Source: an uncultured Nitrospiraceae bacterium | GTDB taxonomy: Bacteria; Nitrospirota; Thermodesulfovibrionia; Thermodesulfovibrionales; Dissulfurispiraceae | Direction of reading: 5' to 3' | Length of the DNA: 64,000 bases | Assembly: GCA_963705105.1 (NCBI GenBank) | Contig: CAVPIW010000004.1 | Location: forward strand, 14,336-78,335 | The notes under the pieces: generated by a model | Database searches by the model: none | What the model saw: only the letters and a program-made list of their open reading frames with translations | Told to the model about the DNA's origin: nothing | Made by a program: the position numbers and the translations under genes | Shown here: piece by piece, positions 10,153 through 18,760 of the stretch | Layout: each line of letters starts with the position of its first letter | Numbering within the stretch: the stretch's first letter is position 1

Positions 10153-10247
10153 ATTATAGGCCATGAAATGAGTGGCATCCATGGGAGAAACTACCTAATA
10201 TGGGGTCTGCAGAACTACCTATTTTAGGATGGGCAAAACTACCTATA
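10153..10247 (-). promoter_or_regulatory. Promoter cassette 2: three TACCTA boxes (24-bp period) plus -10 TATAAT
   Basis: TACCTA at 10192, 10216 and 10240. TATAAT lies on the minus strand at 10153-10158, the same geometry as cassette 1. Confidence 0.7.
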
Positions 10248-10267
10248 AGAATAGTAACGAGGAATCA

Positions 10268-10564
10268 GGACTGAGGACTGAGGAACAAATTACGGCACAA
10301 AAAACAGTAAAAAAGGACTCAGTTAGGGTTTGTGAGATAAGACAGTCGCGAGGACTGAGGACTCAGTTGCAGGGTACGGGTTGCGCCTAAAGCAGACGGT
10401 ACAAGGTGCACGGTATACGGTCCACGGGAAATTGAATACAGAATGCAGAATATAGAATTCAGAATTCGGGAGATCCAGTCTCCAATCTCCAGCCTCTAAC
10501 CTCTCCGTCTCTGACCCTGAACCCTGGACCTCGTACCTTGAACCGATCTTTCTGATCTCCAATC
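10268..10564. repeat. Mosaic of degenerate 7-mer tandem repeats
   Basis: Units GAGGACT, CAGAAT(A/T/G), CAATCTC and ACCCTG(A/G) lie between the regulator and cassette 2. Confidence 0.6.
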
Positions 10565-11215
10565 TCAGATGTAACCTTTTTTGATTGCATATTTGATGAG
10601 GTCGGCCGTCATCCTGACGTTGAGCTTCTTCTTGATGTTGGCGCGGTGGTGCTCGGTGGTCCTGACGCTGATGAAAAGCAATTTTGCGATCTCCCTGCTG
10701 GACCTGCCCTCGGCGATGAGCTTGAGGATCTGCCGCTCCCGCGCCGTCAGGAGTTCGGGTTCGCCTGCAGGCTCGGTGGGTGTCCGAAACGCCCGTGCCC
10801 AGTCGGCGATGACGTCCTCCCCGAGGCTGGGCGACACATAGACCCGGCCTTCCCGGACCCTCCCGATGGCGGAGAACAGCTCCGAGTCGGCGTCCTCTTT
10901 GAGGAGATACCCGTCGGCGCCGGCGGCCATGGCCTCTGAAAGGTACTTTCTCTCGCTGTGCATGGTGAGGATAAGGACCTTGATGCCGGGCCGGATCGTC
11001 CTGATCTCCCCGATCGCCTCCAGTCCCCGGAGCCTCGGCATGGAGAGGTCAAGGATGACCATGTCGGAGGGCGTCTTCTTCAAAAGGTCTATGAGATCGA
11101 GGCCGTCGCCCGCCTCACCGACCACCCGCATCCAGTCCGCACTTTCGATGAGCATCCTCAGCCCCTGCCTGAGGAGAGTGTGATCGTCGGCGAGCACGAT
11201 GCGATACGCGTTCAT
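10565..11215 (-). CDS. NarL/FixJ-family response regulator (REC + LuxR HTH)
   Basis: IVLADDH...MVILDLSMP...GYLLK...LTARERQILKLIAEG.SSREIA..LFISVRT...HR.NI..KL. Confidence 0.95.
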   Translation of the reverse strand: MNAYRIVLADDHTLLRQGLRMLIESADWMRVVGEAGDGLDLIDLLKKTPSDMVILDLSMPRLRGLEAIGEIRTIRPGIKVLILTMHSERKYLSEAMAAGADGYLLKEDADSELFSAIGRVREGRVYVSPSLGEDVIADWARAFRTPTEPAGEPELLTARERQILKLIAEGRSSREIAKLLFISVRTTEHHRANIKKKLNVRMTADLIKYAIKKGYI

Positions 11216-13971
11216 TCTTTATTCTCGGGGATCAGGATGTCCACGATAGTCCCTTCACCGTAGTGACTGACGACATTGATGGCGCCGTTCATCTTGGCTG
11301 TCATCTTCCTGGCGATCACGAGGCCGAGACCGGTGCCCCGTTCCTTTGTCGTCCGGAAGGGCTTGAAGAGGTCTCTCTGCTGCTGCTCCGACATGCCCCG
11401 GCCGTTGTCGACGACCCGTATTTTGATCATGTCTTCCATTTTCGTCACGGCGAGCTCGATGACCGGGTCGTCCCTTCCGTCGACGGCGTCCATGGCGTTG
11501 CTCACGATGTTGAGCAGTACCTGCTGGAGGGCCCGCGGGTCGGCATAGGCCCGGGGGGCGTCAGGGGCCACGCTGCTTTTCACCCCTATGCCCCTGCTCC
11601 CGCAATCGTCCGATACGAGGGCGATGAAACGCTCCATGAAGGCGTTCATCCCGATCTCCCGGATCTCCGGCACTTCATACATGTTGAAGTTCCTGAGCGC
11701 CTTAAGGAGATACTCGACACGTGATATCTCACTCATGCAGCGGTTGATGTACTCGGTGATGTCCTCTTTCGTAAAACTGTCGATCCTGTTTCTCAGGACA
11801 CCGAGGGTGATCTTGAGGGAATTGACGGGGTTGCCGATCTCGTGACGGATGCCCGAAAAGACGTAGCCGATATTTTCCATGGTGTTGACGGCCTCGGCGA
11901 TGGACTCGAGACGCATCCTCTCGGTGACGTCCCAGATCATGCCGAGGAGGCCCCTGATCGTCCCCGCTTCGTCCCTGATGGGTGTCTTGAAGACGCGGAT
12001 GATCATCTCCTTGCTGTCTTTCCAGTATCGCTCCACAACCTCAACGGGTTTTCCCGATGCTATAATCGCCCTGTCCTCGGCGATATGTTTTTCCGCTGAA
12101 GACGGCGGATAAAGGTCCCTGTCCGTCTTTCCGACGATCCGCTCCGGTGTCAGGCCCAGATCACTCGCGTAGCTGTTGTTACAGTAGACATAAACAGAGC
12201 GGCAGTCTTTCAGGAATATCTTCTGGGGAAGGTTTTCGACGAGCATCCTGAACCTGTTTTCGCTCTCCCTGAGGGCTTCCTCGGCCAGCATCCTGTCGGT
12301 GATGTCGCGGTTGTTCCCGCGGGTCCCGAGAAAAGAGCCGCCGTGGTCGAAAACAGGCTGGCAGACATGGCCGATCCGGCGGATCGCTCCGTCCGGCTTT
12401 ACAATGCGGAACACCGTTTCGTCAAAGGTCATCCGCAACTCGGCGCTCTGACGGTGGTGCTCGAACGCTTCCCTGTCATCAGGGTGTATGATGCTCGTGA
12501 GCAGACCGGGGTCGCCCATGAATGCGTCGGCGTCATGACCGGTGATGCGTTTGCACGAGGGTGACGAGTAGATGAAACGGCCGTCGGTCCCGATCCAGAA
12601 CTCCCAGTCGTACGTGTTGTCCGCAACGATCTGGTATCGTTCTGCGACGATCCTGTATCTTGCCTCCGATTCCCGGAGGTCCCTCTCGACACCCTGCCGC
12701 TCTTCGACGTCGGCCGCGAGACGCTCATTCAGGTCCTCCAGCTCCATCGTCCGCTCCCTGACTCGTTTTTCCAGCTCTTCCTTGACAGCGATTAGGTCAT
12801 CCGTAGACGTTTTTAACTCCTTTGTCATGATGGTAAAAGAGCGGGCCAGGTCACCCACCTCGTCCCGCGAGGAGGCGTCGACGGCAATGTCGAAGTTCCC
12901 CTTGCCGACGTCCGCCACGGCGTCCCGGAGTCTCACGAGGGGCGCAGAGATCGTCCGTGCGATGCGATAACCGAGAACGACGGAAATAAAGACGGCGGCA
13001 ATAAAGAAAATAAGTGCCGTGCGCTGGAGCGACAGGGCGTTCATCACTGAGGTTTCACGAACGCGGTCGGCCAGAACCAGGTAACGGTCCACGATTTCGC
13101 CTGCCACCAGCCCGATCACGTGCCGGGTGCCGATCAGTTTTTGGATGTCATCGCCGTGTTTTTCGATTATTTCTCTTTTTCCCTTTCTCGTTTCTCCGTC
13201 ATACAGACGGAGGATCGATGCCCCCTCATCCATCAGTGACGCCGATCCGGCTTGCAGCGATGCAATGCCCTCCCTGTCTTCGGCAGCGGTCGCCCACTCG
13301 TCGAGATAGACGATCCGGCTGTCCAGTGAAGCCCGTTCCCCGAAAAAATGTCCCCGGTCAACCGGATCGTGCAGCACAAGATAAAAGATCATGTGACTCA
13401 CAGCATGCTTTGCGTGGCTGTTCGCTTCCGCTGCCGTCATGATCGCCGCCTGCCTGTCATGGGCGCTCGTCTCGATCCGGATGAGTCTGAGTGTTTCGGC
13501 GCGGACGGCGTTCGTCGATTCCTGCAGGCGCCGCACCGGTTCCCTGTTTCGCTCGAAAAAGAACGCCCTGTCACCTATCATCTCCCTGTCATGGATATCG
13601 AGAAGCTCCCGCTGGACGGCAAACACTTTCTCCGTATCGGCCATAATCCTGTCAAGGATCTTTCTTGCCTCAGGCAGTTTCACTCTCTCCTCCAGCAGGG
13701 AAATCTCTCCGCCGGCGGACTGCTGGAGTTTCACCACCTCGGCGCGGTCGGCCGGGTCCTGGCGGGCAAGGAAGAGCATGAGGTGGATCTCCGCCTCTGT
13801 GACGTCATCGAAGAGGGCCATCGCCGCGGCACAGATGGCCTTGAAGTGCTCCTCTCTGCCCTCGAAAGACCGGATGATTTCTTTGCCGGCAATGAGGGCG
13901 AAGATGCCCGCAAGTCCGACGAGCAGAGCGATGGCAAGGAATCCGGCGATGATCTTGTGGTGGATCTTTAT
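11212..13971 (-). CDS. Membrane sensor histidine kinase (periplasmic helical sensor, HAMP, 2 PAS, HisKA, HATPase); probable ATA start
   Basis: RHEIGNP H-box, NAMDA N-box, DNGRG and GTGLGL. The frame stays open upstream of the track's ATG and encodes TM1 (IKIHHKIIAGFLAIALLVGLAGIFALI). An AGGAG RBS lies 7 nt before ATA at 13971. Confidence 0.85.
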   Translation of the reverse strand: MKIHHKIIAGFLAIALLVGLAGIFALIAGKEIIRSFEGREEHFKAICAAAMALFDDVTEAEIHLMLFLARQDPADRAEVVKLQQSAGGEISLLEERVKLPEARKILDRIMADTEKVFAVQRELLDIHDREMIGDRAFFFERNREPVRRLQESTNAVRAETLRLIRIETSAHDRQAAIMTAAEANSHAKHAVSHMIFYLVLHDPVDRGHFFGERASLDSRIVYLDEWATAAEDREGIASLQAGSASLMDEGASILRLYDGETRKGKREIIEKHGDDIQKLIGTRHVIGLVAGEIVDRYLVLADRVRETSVMNALSLQRTALIFFIAAVFISVVLGYRIARTISAPLVRLRDAVADVGKGNFDIAVDASSRDEVGDLARSFTIMTKELKTSTDDLIAVKEELEKRVRERTMELEDLNERLAADVEERQGVERDLRESEARYRIVAERYQIVADNTYDWEFWIGTDGRFIYSSPSCKRITGHDADAFMGDPGLLTSIIHPDDREAFEHHRQSAELRMTFDETVFRIVKPDGAIRRIGHVCQPVFDHGGSFLGTRGNNRDITDRMLAEEALRESENRFRMLVENLPQKIFLKDCRSVYVYCNNSYASDLGLTPERIVGKTDRDLYPPSSAEKHIAEDRAIIASGKPVEVVERYWKDSKEMIIRVFKTPIRDEAGTIRGLLGMIWDVTERMRLESIAEAVNTMENIGYVFSGIRHEIGNPVNSLKITLGVLRNRIDSFTKEDITEYINRCMSEISRVEYLLKALRNFNMYEVPEIREIGMNAFMERFIALVSDDCGSRGIGVKSSVAPDAPRAYADPRALQQVLLNIVSNAMDAVDGRDDPVIELAVTKMEDMIKIRVVDNGRGMSEQQQRDLFKPFRTTKERGTGLGLVIARKMTAKMNGAINVVSHYGEGTIVDILIPENKE

Positions 13972-14141
13972 AAAAAAGCTCCTGCTGGATTGAATTGGAA
14001 CATATTAATTATAATTATATTCATATTATTTCTTCAACGCGACGGCCGATTCTTTTTTCTTATCTTTTCGGCGGGGCGAGGGAAGACAGGAGGGACGCGA
14101 CATGCCTGCCTGTGTTAGATTATCAGTGAAAGGAGCTGACG

Positions 14142-14417
14142 ATGACGAACTCCACTCTGCGCGGGGGCCTGATCGGCACGATAATGGACTATGCCTCGAC
14201 GCTGCGGTTCCCGAGGCTTGTCGCCGTCACGGCGGCAATCTTTCTCATCGACCTCATCATCCCGGACTTCATCCCCTTCGCTGACGAGATCCTCCTCGGC
14301 CTGTTGACACTGATCCTCGCGTCGTTCAAGAAGCGGAAAGAAGAGCGGAAAGAGGACGCCGGCGGGCCGGTCATCGACATCCGTCCCGAACCGCCCCGGA
14401 AGGGGCAGGGACAGTAA
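14142..14417 (+). CDS. Small membrane protein (DUF6116/YkvA-like)
   Basis: LRFPRL...LIIPDFIPFADEILLGLLT motif; AAGGAG RBS. Confidence 0.7.
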   Translation: MTNSTLRGGLIGTIMDYASTLRFPRLVAVTAAIFLIDLIIPDFIPFADEILLGLLTLILASFKKRKEERKEDAGGPVIDIRPEPPRKGQGQ

Positions 14418-14641
14418 GTTATTAAGTCATTGAGTCATTAAGGGCATTAAGTCATTAATTGAGTGCGTTGATCACAGAATAGGCCAATAGGGATAAAGAC
14501 GTCTGGTGTCGGAGGACACGCCTGCGTCTGTCATTCCCGCAAGCCCGCAATTGATGCGGGGCGCCGGAAATCCTTCCCGGTGTAATGACACCCCCCTATC
14601 TCCCTTTCTATTAGGGGTACAAAGCAAAAAAGGAGAAAAAC

Positions 14642-14998
14642 ATGAAACAGGCACTTGCAGGTCTTCTGGTCCTTATAGTTCTGACTTTTGCCGGCATGGC
14701 GGCAGAAGCGGCTGTTTATGACGCCTTCGATCCCGTCAATGCGGTGAATCCCGATACGCTCACCGTTCTCGACCGATTCAGCTGGGACGGAACGAACCAC
14801 TTCGTGTACTTTTTCAACGGCGCCGACTTTACGGCCTTCGGCGTAAACCTGAACAGCAACGGCGAGCCGGTGCCGGACTTCGCCATCGATCCCCGCGGGT
14901 TCACCTATTTCTGGGCCCAGTTCTTCGATGACGGCACCACCGATCTGTTTGGCTCGAACAACGGACTGGCGTGGATATTCATCGGGACGTTCCGTTAA
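14642..14998 (+). CDS. Small secreted aromatic/Asp-rich hypothetical protein
   Basis: AAGGAG RBS, signal peptide MKQALAGLLVLIVLTFAGMAAEA, and host-like codon usage. Confidence 0.75.
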   Translation: MKQALAGLLVLIVLTFAGMAAEAAVYDAFDPVNAVNPDTLTVLDRFSWDGTNHFVYFFNGADFTAFGVNLNSNGEPVPDFAIDPRGFTYFWAQFFDDGTTDLFGSNNGLAWIFIGTFR

Positions 14999-15040
14999 GC
15001 TTCACCAACTCGCAAGGAAGGGCGAACAAAGGAAAATCCA

Positions 15041-15402
15041 TTCTCGCGCAAAGTCGCCAAGAACGCAAAGAAAAGCAAGAAACGGCTATTTTGCCACAGA
15101 GGTCTCAGAGAGCACAGAGAACGGCTGAGAAACACCTCTGATTTTTTATAACAGGACAATTACTAAGGAGTACGTAAGTATGAGGACATCAGTGTCATTC
15201 CCGCAAGCGCAGCGCGTCGGGAATCCTTCCGAAAGAAAGATCCCGGACAAGCCGGGATGACAGATTCGGACTGACTCATGTCACCTTACCAACGAACTCC
15301 TCAGTAATTCCTGAGCCAAGTTGGGTTTTCTCTATGCCCTCTGTGGCAAAACTGAATTGTCGTCTGTGTTGTTCTTTGCGCTCTTTGAGGCTTTGCGTGA
15401 AA
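15041..15402. repeat. Nested inverted-repeat cassette (four layers)
   Basis: Layers C (15041-15070), B (15089-15121), F (15158-15193), A palindrome (15193-15261), F' (15271-15309), B' (15328-15351), C' (15374-15402). Confidence 0.75.
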
Positions 15403-15429
15403 CTTAGTTCCTAAGGAGGAGCGGGAAAG

Positions 15430-16947
15430 GTGATGATGAAGAAAGGGACGACAAAACTTGCAGCGGCCGGTATGGTCATCGTGGCCTCCGTTTCCGTGCT
15501 GCTTCTTGCCGGTGGGGCGGCGGCCGCGCCGGAGCCGATGAATGCCTATTTCGGCAATCTCCACAGCCATACAGGATACTCCGACGGTCGGGGTACGCCG
15601 CGGGAGGCCTTCCTGTTCGCCCGCGACACGGCGCGGTATGATTTTTACGCCATCACCGACCACGGCGAGCTGACCACCCCGGCGGAGTGGTCAAGCGTCG
15701 GGACGGAGGCGGACGCATTCAACAGGGACGGGGTCTTCGTGGCGATCCGGGGCTTCGAGTGGTCCAACCCTCTTCACGGCCATGCGACGGTCTGGGGGAC
15801 GGAGGATTACACGAACGCGATCCTCGATTTTACCTTCCGCGCCTTTTACTCCTGGCTCGATGAAAGCGGCGGCATGGCGCAGTTCAACCACCCCGGGAGG
15901 GAGCTGGCGGACTTCCAGGCCCTGGAGGCCGACGCCCGGGTCCTGGACAATATGGTCGCCATCGAAACAGGCAACGGGGGGACCGGAAACAGCACTCCCT
16001 CACCGGCTCACCATGACTGGTATCTCTTTGCCCTCGACAGGGGATGGCGGGTGGCGCCCACCTTCGGGCAGGACAATCACGAGCTCGCCGTCGGCAACGG
16101 CGGACGGACGGCGGTCCTCGCCCCTTCCCTGACCCGGACAGCCGTCATGGACGCACTCAGGGAAAGGCGGGTCTATTCCACGGACGATCCCAACATGCAG
16201 GTTTTTTTCAGCTCAGGCGACCAATGGATGGGATCTGTGATCGGCGCCGTATCAGGGAGCACTCTCGTGTTCGACATCGCCGTCCGCGATGACGAGCCTC
16301 TCATCAAACTCGAGCTGCTCGGAGACGGCGGCGCCGTCATCGCCGAGCGCGCTGCAGACCCGGGGCAGACGGATGTGGCATGGACGCCCGAGGTCGTGCT
16401 CACCAACCAGAGATATGTCCTGCTGCGCGTTACCGCAGGTGACACAAACGGTGATATGCCCGGCCGTCTGATCAATGTCGCATACACCGCGCCCATCTGG
16501 ATCTCCTATCTCGATCCCCTGCCTCTGCCTGAAAGCGGGCTCTGGTTCACCTATGCGCCCGTTGCCGAGGCTGTGCCGTCCTCTAACCCGTCGCAGGCAA
16601 AACCGATCGGCGTCGGTCCCATCGCGTCCGGCGGCGGCACGGTCGCGATAACGATAAAAACGAGACACTTCACGGGACCGGTGGACATGTACATTGGCCT
16701 GTCGGCGCCGGAGATCACCGGCAGCGGGATCTTCCTGGTCGACTCGTCAGGCGGCATCGTGCCGGCCTCAGTGGGGATTGCAGCCTGGAAAAACGGGGTG
16801 ACGGGACCGGTGGACACGTCCCTCTTCGGCGCCATACCTGCCGCCATATTGCCGGCAGCGACGTACCATCTTTTTCTGGTCGTCACCCCGGCGGGGAGGA
16901 CGGACGCATATTACCTGTGGGAAACGGAATTCACCGTCCGAAGATAG
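15430..16947 (+). CDS. Secreted CehA/McbA-like PHP-family metallohydrolase with a 142-aa C-terminal domain
   Basis: FGNLHSHTGYSDG, AITDH, GFEW, QFNHPG and GQDNH motifs, plus a signal peptide. Confidence 0.85.
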   Translation: MMMKKGTTKLAAAGMVIVASVSVLLLAGGAAAAPEPMNAYFGNLHSHTGYSDGRGTPREAFLFARDTARYDFYAITDHGELTTPAEWSSVGTEADAFNRDGVFVAIRGFEWSNPLHGHATVWGTEDYTNAILDFTFRAFYSWLDESGGMAQFNHPGRELADFQALEADARVLDNMVAIETGNGGTGNSTPSPAHHDWYLFALDRGWRVAPTFGQDNHELAVGNGGRTAVLAPSLTRTAVMDALRERRVYSTDDPNMQVFFSSGDQWMGSVIGAVSGSTLVFDIAVRDDEPLIKLELLGDGGAVIAERAADPGQTDVAWTPEVVLTNQRYVLLRVTAGDTNGDMPGRLINVAYTAPIWISYLDPLPLPESGLWFTYAPVAEAVPSSNPSQAKPIGVGPIASGGGTVAITIKTRHFTGPVDMYIGLSAPEITGSGIFLVDSSGGIVPASVGIAAWKNGVTGPVDTSLFGAIPAAILPAATYHLFLVVTPAGRTDAYYLWETEFTVRR

Positions 16948-16948
16948 T

Positions 16949-17148
16949 ACGGTTTACGGGTTACAAGTCTAAGTAATTGAGTTGACCAAGTTAATTAAGT
17001 TAATTAAGTTAATTCAGTTGATCAAGGTGGACGACTTGTTCAGCCCACTCAACCAGTCAACTTATTCAACTTATTCAACTCAATTTCTAATCTCTAATCT
17101 CTCTCTCTCTCTTAATTTCTCTGTGCTCTCTGTGACCTCTGTGGCAAA
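16949..17148. repeat. Inverted 9-mer tandem arrays (AAGTTAATT / TTATTCAAC) plus family-B repeat
   Basis: Read directly from the sequence. The same arrangement recurs at 59378-59705. Confidence 0.7.
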
Positions 17149-17154
17149 AGGTAG

Positions 17155-17949
17155 TCATCCCATCCCCAGAAGCCGTACGGCGTTGTCCCCCATTATCATC
17201 CGCTCCCTGTCCCTGCCGAGTCCGCAGGCCCGGAGGCGCGACAGGGTCTCGCCCTGGTCCGACCACGGTGAGTCGCTTCCGAAAAGGACATACCCGGGCA
17301 GGTACTTCTCAAGGATCGACTTAACCCGTGAGCCCTCCATGTACTCGAAGGCGAAGGAGATCTCCATCCATATCCGCCGGCCGGCCATCACCTCCTCGAC
17401 CTCCTCCCATTGATCCCAGGAGCCGAAGTGCGTCGTCACGAGCCTGAGGTCCGGGAATGCCTTCGTGACGGCAAGGATGCTCCGGGGACCTGCCTTCTCG
17501 ATGCGGGGGAACCCGATGTCGTACCCGGTATGCACGACGAGGAGGAGGTCCTCCTCGCAGAGTCTTTCGTAGAGAGGGAACATCGCTTCCTCATCGAGAC
17601 AAAAATCCTGGTAATAAGGGTGGAGCTTAATACCGCGGAACCCCTCGCCCCTGACCTTGCGGAGCCTGTCATGACAGAGGGGATCGCGGGGATGGACGGA
17701 CGGCAGGGGAACGATCCGTTCCGACCTGATGCCCTTACTCCAGGTTATGATGGGGTCGAACTGTTCCGGTCTCGTGGCGATGGAGCAGACGACGCTCTTA
17801 TCGATGCCGTTCCGGTCCATGGAGCGCAGGAGCGACGAGATCTTTCCGTCATGGTGGGCCTTCACTGTGGCCTTCTTCTGCAGGACTTTGATGGCCCTCT
17901 CGGCAACGTCATCGGGAAATGCATGGGTGTGAAAATCAATGATCGGCAT
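17155..17949 (-). CDS. Amidohydrolase family protein
   Basis: MPIIDFHTH...GIKLHP...VHTG...THFG...LFGSDSPW. Confidence 0.9.
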   Translation of the reverse strand: MPIIDFHTHAFPDDVAERAIKVLQKKATVKAHHDGKISSLLRSMDRNGIDKSVVCSIATRPEQFDPIITWSKGIRSERIVPLPSVHPRDPLCHDRLRKVRGEGFRGIKLHPYYQDFCLDEEAMFPLYERLCEEDLLLVVHTGYDIGFPRIEKAGPRSILAVTKAFPDLRLVTTHFGSWDQWEEVEEVMAGRRIWMEISFAFEYMEGSRVKSILEKYLPGYVLFGSDSPWSDQGETLSRLRACGLGRDRERMIMGDNAVRLLGMG

Positions 17950-18281
17950 GTTCTCAGTCTTCCTTTTCCTCTTACTCCGGCAATTGAACACCTCCAACAC
18001 TGTCATTGCCGCAACCCCGCACTTGATGCGGGGGCGTCGGCAATCCTTCTGGAAATCAAAGAAGGATTCCGGTCAAGCCGGAATGACGGACGAGCGATCT
18101 GTCGTGCTTTTTACGAGGTCATCAGTCTTTAGCGCTGCAATCCTTAACCACACTGAGACTATAGGCGCAGGCTGAAGCCTGCGGATACAAAGACGGTACT
18201 TTTGCAAAAACCTCCCCATAGTATAAAATAACGGGCACATTTTTATGAGATATACGTGACGACGGAGGTCGGCGCAGAACG

Positions 18282-18713
18282 ATGAAACTTGAGCAGATAT
18301 CGATTTTTCTCGAGAACAAGTCGGGACGGCTTGCGGACGTGACGTCCGTCCTCTCGGAAGCGGACATCAACATCAGGGCCCTCTTCCTGGCGGACACGGC
18401 CGATTTCGGGATCCTGAGGCTCCTCGTCAACGATACGGAGAAGGCGAAGGAGATCCTGAAACAGCACGGGTTCACCGTCGGCAAGACCGAAGTCGTGGCG
18501 ATCGAGGTGCCGGACCGCCCGGGTGGTCTCGCCGGGATATTAAACGTCCTGAAGCAGGAGGGCATCAACGTCGAGTACATGTACGCCTTTGTCCAGAAGA
18601 GCGGCGAGCATGCGATCATCGTTTTCCGGTTCGATGAGACCGAGAAGGCGATCTCCCTGCTCCAGAAAGAGGGGGCGCGGATTTTAAGCGGAGAAGAGAT
18701 TTACGGACTGTAA
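18282..18713 (+). CDS. Tandem ACT-domain protein
   Basis: [13 protein letters not shown]...[10 protein letters not shown]...DRPGGL...NVEYMY. This family is typically found beside paaK. Confidence 0.9.
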   Translation: MKLEQISIFLENKSGRLADVTSVLSEADINIRALFLADTADFGILRLLVNDTEKAKEILKQHGFTVGKTEVVAIEVPDRPGGLAGILNVLKQEGINVEYMYAFVQKSGEHAIIVFRFDETEKAISLLQKEGARILSGEEIYGL

Positions 18714-18760
18714 TCGTTCGTCGCCCGTCATCCGGGGCGATACAAAAAAGGAGGGAATCT

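Noticed and set aside
16982..17413. ORFs through tandem repeats (also 10323-10562, 56519-56933, 59597-59888, 60548-61059)
   Set aside because: Low-complexity translations of intergenic repeat arrays.
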